Below, one piece after another: positions 21,070 to 31,535 of a stretch of 64,000 nt of DNA. Within the stretch, counting starts at the first letter, position 1; the number at the start of each line of letters is the position of its first letter. The notes under the pieces were generated by a model. That model saw only the letters and a program-made list of their open reading frames with translations. It had not been told where the DNA came from and made no database searches. Position numbers and translations under genes: made by a program. The DNA is from Myxococcota bacterium (lineage in GTDB: Bacteria > Myxococcota_A > UBA796 > SXON01), in the NCBI GenBank assembly GCA_040386535.1, contig JAZKFH010000010.1:40799-104798 (forward strand). The letters run 5' to 3'.

Positions 21070-24000
21070 TCAGATCACGTGGTTGAGATTCTTGTTGTTC
21101 GCGTTGACGCCCGCGCGGATGACGCCGATCGCCGCGGCGCCGCCCGCGCCCACCACCGACGCGAGCGCGTAGGCCGGCTTGCCGTACGGATCGAAGAGGT
21201 TCCAGGAGAACATCATGCCGAGCGTGGGAAGGGTGCCCAGCGCGTTCTGGGCGAACTTGGCAGCCACGTCCAGCCAACGCTCCTCGGTGCTGGCGCCCGG
21301 GAGGTAGTCCGCGGAGGCCCCCTCGTAGAAACCCTCGATCACGTACGCCACCAGCAGGATCACGCCACCGACGGTGCCGACCCCGCCCGTCACCTTGTCC
21401 ACCGCCGAGGTAGCGGCCTTGCCACCCAGAAGCGGCGTGGTCTCCGGCGTAGACTTGGCGAACAGGCCCACGCCCGCGGGGAGCGCCTGGCAGATCGCCC
21501 AGAGGACGAGCGCGATCGCCCAGCAAGCGAGCGCCGCGGCATCGAACCCGGTCTCGGGCCAACCCTGCCAGAGCGGGCAGGAGAACGCCAGCACGACGAG
21601 CGCGACGATCGCGGGGATACACTTGACCCACTTGTTCTTGAACGCGTCAATGGCGTACAGCCACGTGAACCCGGCGAAGAAGAGCTGGGCGATTCCGTAC
21701 AGGAACCCCATCACGTACGAGATCTGCTCCAACGTGGAGGACGTCTCGTCGAAGCCCACCTCGCGCAGGCGCGACCGGGTCGCCTCGTCCACCGGGGCGC
21801 GTCCGAACCATTGCGCGGGGGTCAGCACCATCGCCATTGCGCGGACGTTCCGTGACAGGAGCGTGAGGCCGGAGAGGTCGATGCCGGCGACGCGGGCGGC
21901 GATGGTGAGGGGGAGCGCGAGCGCGAGCGAGGTGACGTCGAGGAGCGTCATCTCCTTGCCGACGAGGCGCTTGTAGAGCTTCGACACCACCGGGATGTGC
22001 CAGGGGGTGGTGGCGACGGCCGAGAGGGAGTCCACCAGGAAGATCAGGAAGTCGAACGCGAGGTCGACCACCGCTTTGACGGAGAGGACCACGCCCTCGG
22101 CCGCCATCTTGGCGAACGCGGTGAGGATCTGGTTGGGGGTGACCTCGCCCGCGCTCCGGCTCGACGCCAGGATCGCGCTGCACTCCGCGACGAGCGTGTC
22201 GAACGTGCTGCCGAGGTCACGCAGCGCGGTTTGGATGAACGTACCAATCGGATCGGAGTCCGTCGGAGGTGCGTTGACGTTCGGCGCAGCCGTGGGCGCC
22301 CCGCCGCCGGCATTGAGCACCTGGTTCTGCATCCAATTGGACGAGGGCCCCGGCGCCTTGCCGGCCTGGGACATCGTCGCGGCCTGGGTAGCGCCGACGC
22401 TCTGGTTCCCACCCTCCCCGAGATCGGGGATCGCGCTTGCCACGTTGTCCAGGAAACCGTCCACCACGTCCTTGACCTGGGTGACCATCCCCGGCAGCAG
22501 GGTCGTCATGAAGTTGGAGAGGAAGCCGGAGATCGTGTCGTGGGTGCTGAGGACGGCCGACCAGTCGAACGGCGAACCGAGCCAGCCGAGGAGCTTGTCC
22601 ATCCCCACGGCGATCGCGTCGAACACGCCCTGAACCAGGTCGAACACCTCCTTGATGGTGCCGACCACGAAGTTCGCGAAGTCCTGGAGGATGCCCTTCA
22701 CCATCGTCTGGATCTGGGACTCGATGCGGCGGACGATCTCTCCGGTCTCCGTCACCACCGTGGAGTAGACGGACACCACGACGTGCTGCACCTCCGCCGC
22801 GCCGCGCTTGACCGCGTTCCACATCGAGCCCCACGTGGGCTTGGATCCCGTCGACCGCGTCGCGCGCGCGCCGCCGCTGACAGCGTACTTCGCCGCCACC
22901 GCGTCACACTCCGCCCGGTCGCGGAGTCGGTGGTACCGAACGCCACCTTCCACGAACTCGAGGTGCCAGAATTGGTCGGGTACGCGGTTCACGTCGATCC
23001 GCCCGCCGTGCTGGCCCCTCCCCATCACCTGCACGCCGCTCGTGTCCCCCCGCTTGGACACCAGCTTCGCCGTGGCCTGGGCGTCGCCCTGCTCGGGCAT
23101 GGCGAGCGACATGCTGCTCCAGACGGCCTGGGAGACATCCGGCACGTACGCGCCGTACAGGCCCATGTCGATGAGCGGCTGCGTCGCCCCGTTGGCGTCG
23201 ACGTACGTCTGAGTGGAGAGAGTGGTCGCCAAGACCTCCGGCGACTCCGGGTAGAGCGCGTCCTGCACGTATCGATCGGGGGCGATGGTGAGCGCGCCGT
23301 CGGGGATCAACGCGGTGGCGACGGTGAACGCCGCCACGCCGAAGTCGGTCGTGGGCGTCACGATCGTCACGCGGCCTGCCCCGTTGGTCTCGCAGCTGAA
23401 CGACCGCCCGGGCCCGATGACACAGTTGGTCCCGTTGATGGTCACGTTCAGGGTGTCGGCGGCGCTCACCTCCATCGGTTGCGCCGGCATCGGGGAGCCC
23501 GACGCGTCGAGCACCGTCACCTCCGAGCTGTAGGTGACGAGATCGACGAGATCGCCCTCGTAGCTGATGGCGACGACGGAGGAGTGCCAGTCGGTGGCGG
23601 CGTCCTGCCAGAAGTGGATCAGCTGGCCCGACGTGGTCGCGGCGAAACACTGGGTGAACCCGCCGGCGTCGCGGCACGCGGTGAGGCTGCCGGCGCTGCT
23701 TTGGAGCCCCTCTCCCAGGGAGACGAGCGGCGACCACCACAGGCCGTTCTCCGTCGTCACCTGTTGGTTGGCGAAGTAGAGCGTGCCGTCGCGCGCCACG
23801 CCGAGGAGCTGCACGGCATCGGGCAGGCCGCTGTCGTCCGGGCGCAACAGGCAGGCCTGGATGCAGCCGAACGTCACCTGCTCGCCCGCGAAGTTGGTCG
23901 AGAGCCCGACCAGGTTCTGTCCCTCGGGGGCGTCCTGGTCGACGTACCAGGCCTCGCCCTCCTCCGAGAGACCGAAGATCTCAGTGCGACCCGAACGATT

Positions 24001-24732
24001 GACGGTGCCCGAGAGCGCGAGGATGTCGTCCATCGACCCCGCGTAGAACGTGCGCCCCTGTACCTGGTGCTCCTCGTAGAACGTCAGGTTGGTGTTGTTC
24101 CGCTCGGTGTCCGAGCAGGTGAGGAACGTCCCCGGTGCCCCGCCCGCCACGCCCGGCACACAATCGTAGAGCATCCCGTCGATCGCCTGGGACACGTAGT
24201 CCCACGGTGACTCCGCGCGGCGGGGGTACACGCGCACGACGCCCTGCGTCAGGTCGGGGAACGTGACGATCGCCTGGAACATCAGGCGACCCGTGCTGTC
24301 GTACCCGGTCCGGAGCGCCTGCACCGTGAGCGCGCCGAACGGCTGGCCCAGGTTCTGCCAGGCGCTGTACGGCTCGTCGGTCTTCCAATACAGCGCGTTG
24401 TCGCTGCCACACGCGAGCACGACCACGGTCCCGTCGATCTCCGTTCCGACCGCGAGGTGTTGGACCGCCACCGGCACGCGCAGGGGGCGCACGCTCCAGC
24501 CCGTCTGGCTGTCCGCGGAGGGGTACAGGTTGAACACCTGCCCGCCGTCTCCCAGCGTGAAGATCTGGACGATGCCCTGGGAATTCGCCACGGCGGCGAG
24601 CTGTGCGCCCGCGGTGGGGATGGCCTGGGCCGTGACGTAGCCCTGCATCAGCTCCGAGCGGACGAGGAGCGAGGCCCCGCTGCCAGGGAGGAGAGTGGTG
24701 CCGCCGGGAGAGGGGGTGTCGGTGGTGGTCAT
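21070..24732 (-). CDS. Large hypothetical protein (1220 aa): propeller-like N-terminus, Ig-like middle, amphipathic/hydrophobic helical C-terminus
   Basis: Long ORF with normal protein composition and no signal peptide. Several hydrophobic segments in the last 300 aa. Confidence 0.8.
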   Translation of the reverse strand: MTTTDTPSPGGTTLLPGSGASLLVRSELMQGYVTAQAIPTAGAQLAAVANSQGIVQIFTLGDGGQVFNLYPSADSQTGWSVRPLRVPVAVQHLAVGTEIDGTVVVLACGSDNALYWKTDEPYSAWQNLGQPFGALTVQALRTGYDSTGRLMFQAIVTFPDLTQGVVRVYPRRAESPWDYVSQAIDGMLYDCVPGVAGGAPGTFLTCSDTERNNTNLTFYEEHQVQGRTFYAGSMDDILALSGTVNRSGRTEIFGLSEEGEAWYVDQDAPEGQNLVGLSTNFAGEQVTFGCIQACLLRPDDSGLPDAVQLLGVARDGTLYFANQQVTTENGLWWSPLVSLGEGLQSSAGSLTACRDAGGFTQCFAATTSGQLIHFWQDAATDWHSSVVAISYEGDLVDLVTYSSEVTVLDASGSPMPAQPMEVSAADTLNVTINGTNCVIGPGRSFSCETNGAGRVTIVTPTTDFGVAAFTVATALIPDGALTIAPDRYVQDALYPESPEVLATTLSTQTYVDANGATQPLIDMGLYGAYVPDVSQAVWSSMSLAMPEQGDAQATAKLVSKRGDTSGVQVMGRGQHGGRIDVNRVPDQFWHLEFVEGGVRYHRLRDRAECDAVAAKYAVSGGARATRSTGSKPTWGSMWNAVKRGAAEVQHVVVSVYSTVVTETGEIVRRIESQIQTMVKGILQDFANFVVGTIKEVFDLVQGVFDAIAVGMDKLLGWLGSPFDWSAVLSTHDTISGFLSNFMTTLLPGMVTQVKDVVDGFLDNVASAIPDLGEGGNQSVGATQAATMSQAGKAPGPSSNWMQNQVLNAGGGAPTAAPNVNAPPTDSDPIGTFIQTALRDLGSTFDTLVAECSAILASSRSAGEVTPNQILTAFAKMAAEGVVLSVKAVVDLAFDFLIFLVDSLSAVATTPWHIPVVSKLYKRLVGKEMTLLDVTSLALALPLTIAARVAGIDLSGLTLLSRNVRAMAMVLTPAQWFGRAPVDEATRSRLREVGFDETSSTLEQISYVMGFLYGIAQLFFAGFTWLYAIDAFKNKWVKCIPAIVALVVLAFSCPLWQGWPETGFDAAALACWAIALVLWAICQALPAGVGLFAKSTPETTPLLGGKAATSAVDKVTGGVGTVGGVILLVAYVIEGFYEGASADYLPGASTEERWLDVAAKFAQNALGTLPTLGMMFSWNLFDPYGKPAYALASVVGAGGAAAIGVIRAGVNANNKNLNHVI

Positions 24733-24910
24733 GGGGCGCTCCGATGAGTCCCCCTTTTGTGCCTCGGGCTCCGGGTCGCTTCAAGGAGGGCGAACGGGAG
24801 CGCATCCGAACAGAACGCCTTCAACGCCGCGAAAGAATCGGATAACGCTAGATTGCAACGCGTTACCCGACGCGCGCGGGTGAAGGCGTGCCACGATACT
24901 CCCCGCATCC

Positions 24911-27900
24911 ATGATCCGAACCCTCCTCTTCGACGTCGAGCTCTCCCGTTCCGGGGAGCTGTTCGGCGTCGCGGCCATCGGTCCCGACGGGGAGGAGGTC
25001 GTCGCCACCAGCGCGAGCACGGTCCCGGAGGCCATGCGTCGGATCGGCACGTTTGCCGGGCAGGCCGATCTGCTGGTGGGCCACAACCTCGCGCGGCACG
25101 ACCGCCCGTGGCTCGCGCGGTACGCGCCGGGGCACCCCGCGCTGCGGCTTCCGTGGGCGGACACGCTCGTGCTCTCGCCCCTCGCCTTCCCCGAGCGGCC
25201 GTACCATCGCCTGGTCAAAGAGCACCGCCTGGTGCGCGAGAGCCGGCCGGCGCCGCTCGCCGACTGCCGCGCGACAGGCGTCGTCTTCGCGGACCAACGT
25301 GTCGCCTTCGCCGCGCTCCAACGTGACACCCCTGCCCTCGCCGCGTGGTGTCGCGCCGCCCTCACGGACCCGCACGCGCCGCTCTCCAACCCCGGGTACG
25401 CCCAGGTGTTCGACCAGACGCCCGCCGTCACGCTCGCGGACGGATTGGCGGCGCTCCGGCAGGCGCTGGCCCCTCATGCCTGCGCCACGGCGCTCGGGGC
25501 GCTCACGGCCGATCCGGCGCTGGCCTTGCCGCTGGCCTACGTGGCTGCGTGGACGCGGCTGCCGCCCGGGTCCACCCTGCCGGCGTGGACGCGTTTCGCC
25601 CACCCCCAGACCACCACCCTGCTCGGCGCCCTGCGGGCCCGGCCGTGTGAGGACGTGGCGTGCACGTACTGCCAGGACGTACACACCCCGGAGGGGTGGC
25701 TCCAACGCTTGTTCGGGTATCCGACGTTCCGCAGCACGCCGAGCTCTCCGTCGGGGGGCAGCCTGCAACGTGACATCGTGGCGGCGGGAATGGCGGACCA
25801 ACCGCTGTACGCGGTGTTGCCCACCGGGACGGGAAAGTCCCTGTGTTTCCAGATCCCGGCGGCGGCGCGGCATCGACGCACCGGGGCGCTCACCGTGGTG
25901 ATCTCGCCGCTCCAATCGCTCATGAAGGACCAGGTCGACCAGCTTCGTGAGCGGGATCCACACGCCACGACCGTCAACGGCTCGCTCACGCCGCCCGAGC
26001 GTGCCCGAGCCCTGGACGAGGTGCGGGAGGGCTTCACCAGCCTCGTTTATCTGTCACCCGAGCAGCTCCGGAACAAGGGCGTGCGCCGCGCGCTCGAGGC
26101 CCGTACGATCGGGGCCTGGGTGATCGACGAGGCCCACTGCCTGACCGATTGGGGGCACGACTTCCGCACGGACTACCTGTACGTGCCCCGATACGCCCGC
26201 GAGCTCGCCGCCGCCCAGGGCCGGCCGATCCCGCCCTTCCAATGTTTCACCGGCACGAGCCAGGTGGCGGTGACCGCGGCGATCGGCGCGCTGTTCCAAG
26301 CCGAGTTGGGGCAGGAGCTGACCGTGTTCGACGGCGGCGCCGAGCGGGACAACCTCACCTTCCGGGTGGAGGAACGCGCGCCCGGAGAGAAGGTCGGGCG
26401 CCTGATGGAGCTGCTGGTCGAACACCTGCCCGATCGGGGTGCCGGCGCGGCGATCGTGTTCTGCGCGGCGCGGAAAGAGGCGGACGAGGTGGGCAAGCTG
26501 CTCGTGGCCGAAGGGTGGGCCGCGGGCGCCTACCACGCCGGCCTCGACGCGCAGGCCCGCAGGGACGTGCAGGACCGCTTCCTCGGCGGCGAGCTCCAGG
26601 TGATCGCGGCCACCAGCGCGTTCGGGATGGGCGTCGACAAGCCCGACGTGCGTTTGGTCGTGCACCTCGGCGTACCCAACTCCCTCGAGGCGTACCTCCA
26701 GCAGGCGGGCCGCGCCGGCCGGGACCGCGCGCCGGCCACCTGTGTGTTGTTGTTCGCCCCCATCGACGTGGACAAGCAGTTCAGAATGGCGACGATGGGC
26801 CAGCTCTCGCTCCGCGATCTCCAGGCGATCTGGCGTGGCATCCAGAGCGTGCCCGCGCGCCGGACGCGCACTGGAGAGGGTGAATTCGAGGAGCGCGTGC
26901 TCACGCGGGGCGAGATCGCCCGTCTGGACGCCGTGGCCGACAGCTTCGATCCGCACGACCCGATGACCGACACACGGGTGACGAGCGCGTTGTCCTGGCT
27001 CGAGCGCGCGGGCCTGTTCGTGCGCGACGAGAACCACACCCACGTGTTCCAGGGCACGCCGAAACATGCCACGCTCGAAGCGGCGATGGAGCACGTGGCG
27101 ACCCTCGATCTGGCGCCGCCGCGGGAGCGGGCGTGGCACGCGTTGCTCCGCCGGCTCTACGCGGCGGACGAACAGGAGGGGTTGTCCGCCGACGATCTCG
27201 CCGAGCTGGCGGACGACGAGACCGATCCGATCGGCGGCGGCACGCGGGTGCTCGCCCTGCTCCACCAGATGGTCGCGGCCGGGCTGCTCACGGCGGGCAG
27301 CCGCCTGACCGCGTTCGTCGCGTGGGGGGTGCCCGACCCCTCGCGTGACCAGGCCGTGCGCCTCCTGACCGCGCAGCGGGCACTGCTACGGGTGCTCCCC
27401 GAGCTCTCCCCCGAAACCGACGCGCGCGAGTGGGTGTACGCCTCTCCGCAACGCCTCGCGGATCTGCTCGCCACCGAAGACGCGCTGTCCGTGCGGCCCG
27501 AGCGGGTGGTGCTGCTGCTGCGGGCGCTGGAGCGGGACGGGTTCGGCCTCGCCGACGAGGTGCGGAGCCTCGACCTGCGCTTCGTGCGCCGGGACCACCT
27601 CGCGGTGCGGGTGCGCCGCCCATGGGCAGAAGTGGAGCGCCTGGGGCGGTTGCGCGAGGCGGCGGTCACGACGGTCCTCGACCTGCTGGATCGGCTGGCC
27701 GCCGAAGGAGGCACGCGCGGCAAGGCGGTGATGGTGAGCTTCGAGCTCGAGGACCTGGCGAAGGCCCTCGGCGCCAGCCTTCTGCTGGCGGGACAGATCC
27801 GCGACACGATGGCGCTCGTGGATCAATCGTTGTTGTTGCTGCACGACGCGCGCGTCATCACCCTGCAGGGCGGCCTCGCGGTGTTCCGGCAGGCCATGAT

Positions 27901-29977
27901 GCTCCGCCGCCCGAAGGAGGCGCCCCGGCAGCTCAAGGCCGAGGCGATCGCGCCGCTCCACCACCACCAGGAGGAGCGGACCCTCCAGATCCACGTGGTG
28001 CACGAATACGCGCGGCTCGGCGCCGAACGGATCGACTCGGCGCAGGCGCTCACCCGGGACTGGTTCGGGGCGCCGCGCGAGGCCTTCCTCAAGCGTTGGT
28101 TCAACGGTCGAAAGGAGGTGTTGGCGCGCTCCACCACCGCGGAGTCGTACAAGGAGATCGTCGAGGTGCTCGACCCGGCCCAACGCCGGGTGGTGACGGC
28201 TCGTCCGGACGCGAACCTGCTCGTGCTCGCCGGTCCCGGCTCCGGCAAGACCCGCGTGCTCGTGCACCGCGTGGCGTGGCTGGTGCGCGTCCGCCAGGTG
28301 CGCCCCGAGGGCATCCTGGTGGTTTGTTACACCCGCGCCAACGCGCTGGAGCTGCGCCGACGCCTCGCCGGGCTCATCCACACCGACGCGCGCGGTGTCA
28401 CCGTCACCACGCTGCACGGCCTCGCGCTGCGGCTCACCGGCCGGTCCCCGCGCGCCCCCGTCGGGCGGGACGACAGCTTCGACACGCTGATCGACGAGGC
28501 GATCGCGATCCTGAAGCGCGACCACCTCCCCGACGGCGCCGACGCCAGCGAGATCCGCGACCTCGTGCTCCGCGGCGCGACCCACCTGCTGGTCGACGAG
28601 TATCAGGATCTGGACGAGCGCCAGGTGCGCCTCCTCGAGGCGATCGCCGGCCGCGACGAGACCAACGCGGACCAGCGGCTCGCGATCCTGGCCGTGGGGG
28701 ACGACGATCAGTCCATCTTTGGTTGGCGCGGCGGCTCGGCCCGCTGGGTCCGGGAGTTTGGTGACACGTGGGGGGCGGAGCGCCACACGTTGGAGACCTG
28801 CTACCGGTGCACGGAGCCTGTCCTCGCCGCCGCCACCGCGATGATCGGGCCGGTCGCCGCGCGACTCAAGGCCGACGTCCAACTCTCGATCGACCGCCCC
28901 CGGCGTGGGATCCGCGCGGCGCCCGTGCGGCGCTCCTGGGTGGCCGATGGCACGATCGCGGCGTTCGTGGCGGATCGCGTCCAGGCCATCGGCGGGGAGT
29001 GGGCGGACATCGCGGTGCTCGCCCGCACCCGCGCGGCCCTGGCCCCCGTGCGCGCGGCGCTCGAAGCGGCGGGGATCCCGGTGGCATGGCCGCTCGGGCA
29101 CGAGGAGCGCATCGGCTTGTCCCGCGTGCGCGAGGTGGTGCGGCTCCTCGACGCGCTCGACACACGCGTGGCCGAGGTGCTCTCCGGGTCCGCGCTCGAC
29201 ACGCTCCTGGCGCATGTCGCCCCCGATCCGGGCCCGTGGCGGCAAATCCTCGACCGGTGGCGGGACGACGTGCACCTCTCCCACGGGGACACCGGCGCGT
29301 TGGGTGCCACGTTGCTGCGCGCGTTGTGGGAGCTGATCGCCACCGAGCGGAGCGAACGCACCCTGGGCAACGGGGTCCGCCTCGGCACGCTCCACGGCGC
29401 CAAGGGCCTCGAGTGGCGCCACGTCCTCCTCGTGGACGACGGGGACGGCGCGCGCGACGCCGGCGACGAGGGGCGCCGCCTGCTGTACGTGGGGATGACC
29501 CGCGCGCGGGACACCCTCCACCTCGTCGTCCGGCGAGACCGCCCGCACCCCCTCCTCGCGGCCCTGCCCGAGGGCCTCGTGGTCGATCGGGCAGACGTGG
29601 CGGCCCCCCGCGCCGATCCGCCGGCGCCCGATCGGCGGCCCATCTACGGCCTCCTCGGCCTCGACGAGCTCTGGATCGATTGGTTGGGACGTCAGCCCCC
29701 CAGCGCCCCGGCCCACGGCGCGCTCGAACGCTTGCCATTCGGCGCGCCGCTCGTGTTGGAAGAGCGCGACGGTGGGTTGGCATTGACCGCCGGCGACGTG
29801 CGCGTGGCCGTGCTCAAGGGCGCCGCGTGCGAGGCGTGGCGGGAGCGCGCCCGGTCCGGATTGGACTTGCGCCTGATCGCGGTGATCCGACGGGAGGCGA
29901 CCCAGAGTGATGCCACGTTCCAGGCCGCGCTCAAGGTCGATACGTGGTGGGTGCCGGTTTGTGAGGGGCGGTGGTGA
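24911..29977 (+). CDS. Exonuclease-like + RecQ-type SF2 helicase + UvrD-type SF1 helicase fusion
   Basis: N-terminus LLFDVE / LVGHNLARHD / DTLVLSP. RecQ motifs LPTGTGKSLCFQ, IDEAHC, WGHDFR, AFGMGVDKPDVR, GRAGRD. UvrD motifs LAGPGSGKT, LVDEYQD, VGDDDQSIFGWRG, TLHGAKGLEW, LLYVGMTRAR. Confidence 0.92.
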   Translation: MIRTLLFDVELSRSGELFGVAAIGPDGEEVVATSASTVPEAMRRIGTFAGQADLLVGHNLARHDRPWLARYAPGHPALRLPWADTLVLSPLAFPERPYHRLVKEHRLVRESRPAPLADCRATGVVFADQRVAFAALQRDTPALAAWCRAALTDPHAPLSNPGYAQVFDQTPAVTLADGLAALRQALAPHACATALGALTADPALALPLAYVAAWTRLPPGSTLPAWTRFAHPQTTTLLGALRARPCEDVACTYCQDVHTPEGWLQRLFGYPTFRSTPSSPSGGSLQRDIVAAGMADQPLYAVLPTGTGKSLCFQIPAAARHRRTGALTVVISPLQSLMKDQVDQLRERDPHATTVNGSLTPPERARALDEVREGFTSLVYLSPEQLRNKGVRRALEARTIGAWVIDEAHCLTDWGHDFRTDYLYVPRYARELAAAQGRPIPPFQCFTGTSQVAVTAAIGALFQAELGQELTVFDGGAERDNLTFRVEERAPGEKVGRLMELLVEHLPDRGAGAAIVFCAARKEADEVGKLLVAEGWAAGAYHAGLDAQARRDVQDRFLGGELQVIAATSAFGMGVDKPDVRLVVHLGVPNSLEAYLQQAGRAGRDRAPATCVLLFAPIDVDKQFRMATMGQLSLRDLQAIWRGIQSVPARRTRTGEGEFEERVLTRGEIARLDAVADSFDPHDPMTDTRVTSALSWLERAGLFVRDENHTHVFQGTPKHATLEAAMEHVATLDLAPPRERAWHALLRRLYAADEQEGLSADDLAELADDETDPIGGGTRVLALLHQMVAAGLLTAGSRLTAFVAWGVPDPSRDQAVRLLTAQRALLRVLPELSPETDAREWVYASPQRLADLLATEDALSVRPERVVLLLRALERDGFGLADEVRSLDLRFVRRDHLAVRVRRPWAEVERLGRLREAAVTTVLDLLDRLAAEGGTRGKAVMVSFELEDLAKALGASLLLAGQIRDTMALVDQSLLLLHDARVITLQGGLAVFRQAMMLRRPKEAPRQLKAEAIAPLHHHQEERTLQIHVVHEYARLGAERIDSAQALTRDWFGAPREAFLKRWFNGRKEVLARSTTAESYKEIVEVLDPAQRRVVTARPDANLLVLAGPGSGKTRVLVHRVAWLVRVRQVRPEGILVVCYTRANALELRRRLAGLIHTDARGVTVTTLHGLALRLTGRSPRAPVGRDDSFDTLIDEAIAILKRDHLPDGADASEIRDLVLRGATHLLVDEYQDLDERQVRLLEAIAGRDETNADQRLAILAVGDDDQSIFGWRGGSARWVREFGDTWGAERHTLETCYRCTEPVLAAATAMIGPVAARLKADVQLSIDRPRRGIRAAPVRRSWVADGTIAAFVADRVQAIGGEWADIAVLARTRAALAPVRAALEAAGIPVAWPLGHEERIGLSRVREVVRLLDALDTRVAEVLSGSALDTLLAHVAPDPGPWRQILDRWRDDVHLSHGDTGALGATLLRALWELIATERSERTLGNGVRLGTLHGAKGLEWRHVLLVDDGDGARDAGDEGRRLLYVGMTRARDTLHLVVRRDRPHPLLAALPEGLVVDRADVAAPRADPPAPDRRPIYGLLGLDELWIDWLGRQPPSAPAHGALERLPFGAPLVLEERDGGLALTAGDVRVAVLKGAACEAWRERARSGLDLRLIAVIRREATQSDATFQAALKVDTWWVPVCEGRW

Positions 29978-30013
29978 CGGGTGGCGCCGGGAGACGCCTC
30001 TTTCCACCCTCCG

Positions 30014-31510
30014 TCACGGCCGCTCCGCCCCCCGCCCGACCTCGCTCCACCGCCCCGACCCGGTGAAGATGAACGTGATGCCTGGGTAGCTCCCGCTCCC
30101 CCGGCCGAGCGTGATGGTGCTCCCCGAGATGTCGGCGGTCCCGCCATTTGCGAGCTCGACCGTGTCACCGTCGCCGGTGAGCATCAGCAGCGTGCCCGCC
30201 GCCACGCCGGTCGTGCCGATCGTGACACCGGTCGCGGGCCCGTCGAGGTGCACGTGCGCCGCCAGCGAGGGATCGATCGCCTCCCCGCTCACCACGGTGG
30301 CCATCCGCGACTCGAGGCGCACGGTGCTGCCGAGCTGCACGTAGCTCCCCACGATCGAGAGGCCGCGGGGCAGATCGTCCCCCATCCGCACGATCCGATG
30401 CTCGAGGTTGTCGCCCGCCACGCGCGACTCGAGCACGCGTGTGTAGTAGCTGGCCCAGCCGTTGTTGGTCCCCTCGTCGAGCACCTCGGCCGCGGTCGTG
30501 GTGGACAACGTGACATAGTTGGTTCCGACGGTGTTCCAACGCCCGCCCAGCACCACGGCCGCCACGAGCGTGTCGGCGGGGTAGGCCTCCATCCAGTTGT
30601 CCTCGATCACGGCGTCCTGCCCGCCGGCGTAGACGAAGGCCTCGTTCATCGCCTCGAAGCGGTTGTGGGTGACACGCGCGCCGGTGGGCGGGTCGGTGGG
30701 CTCGTCGTCGATCAGGACCGCCCAGTCGCCGCCGATGAACGTGTTGCGCATGAGCACGGCGGCGTGCGCGCCCGGGCCGATGTGGACTGCGGTGGCGATG
30801 CCGTACGTCTCGGTGTCGAGCACGCGGTTGTCGTATCCGGAGAGGCCGGAGCCCGACTCCATGTACACGCCGGTGCCGGCGGCGGCGACGACGCCGTACG
30901 CGTAGGTGGGGTTCCCGATCTGGCAGCGCTGGACGATGGCGCGAGTGACATATTTGAGGTCGAACGCCACAGACATCGGGTCGGTAAGCGAGACGCCGAG
31001 GTCGACGAAGCGCAGGTTCTTCTGGGCGTTGGGCCGCTTTCCGGCGAACACGGACATGGGCTCGTAGGCGGGATCGGCCACGACCAACGTGCCCCACATC
31101 CCCTCCCCGCGCAGCGTGACGTAGTCCGGCACTTCGACGGTCCCGGTCACCCGCCAGGTGCCCGCGGGGAGACACACCGCGCCGCCCGAGGCGATGTCTC
31201 CCGCTGTGTACGTCGGCAGGCTGTCGATGGCGGCCTGGATCGCCACGGTGTCGTCCGCCACGCCGTCGCCAACCCCGCCGAAGTCGAGCACGCTCACGCA
31301 CGCGTCGGCGCCCGCGGCACCGTCGAGGCCATCGACCCCGTCGACACCATCGCGGCCGTCGAGACCATCGACGCCGTTGCTGCCATCGGCCCCGTCGGCC
31401 CCGTTGGCACCCCCTGCGCCATCGGCCCCATTCATCCCATCGACCCCGTTCGTGCCGGGCTCGCCGGCGGAGGGATCGTCCGAAGCACACGCGAGGAGGA
31501 GAAGCAGCAT
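30014..31510 (-). CDS. Pectate-lyase-3/right-handed beta-helix lipoprotein with a collagen-like linker
   Basis: Lipobox LLLA|C, then a G-X-D/N triplet run, then VSVLDFGGVGDGVADDTVAIQAAID...GGAVCLPAGTW, followed by beta-helix-like repeats. Confidence 0.85.
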   Translation of the reverse strand: MLLLLLACASDDPSAGEPGTNGVDGMNGADGAGGANGADGADGSNGVDGLDGRDGVDGVDGLDGAAGADACVSVLDFGGVGDGVADDTVAIQAAIDSLPTYTAGDIASGGAVCLPAGTWRVTGTVEVPDYVTLRGEGMWGTLVVADPAYEPMSVFAGKRPNAQKNLRFVDLGVSLTDPMSVAFDLKYVTRAIVQRCQIGNPTYAYGVVAAAGTGVYMESGSGLSGYDNRVLDTETYGIATAVHIGPGAHAAVLMRNTFIGGDWAVLIDDEPTDPPTGARVTHNRFEAMNEAFVYAGGQDAVIEDNWMEAYPADTLVAAVVLGGRWNTVGTNYVTLSTTTAAEVLDEGTNNGWASYYTRVLESRVAGDNLEHRIVRMGDDLPRGLSIVGSYVQLGSTVRLESRMATVVSGEAIDPSLAAHVHLDGPATGVTIGTTGVAAGTLLMLTGDGDTVELANGGTADISGSTITLGRGSGSYPGITFIFTGSGRWSEVGRGAERP

Positions 31511-31535
31511 GCGGCGAGTGTACCAAGGGCGCGCG

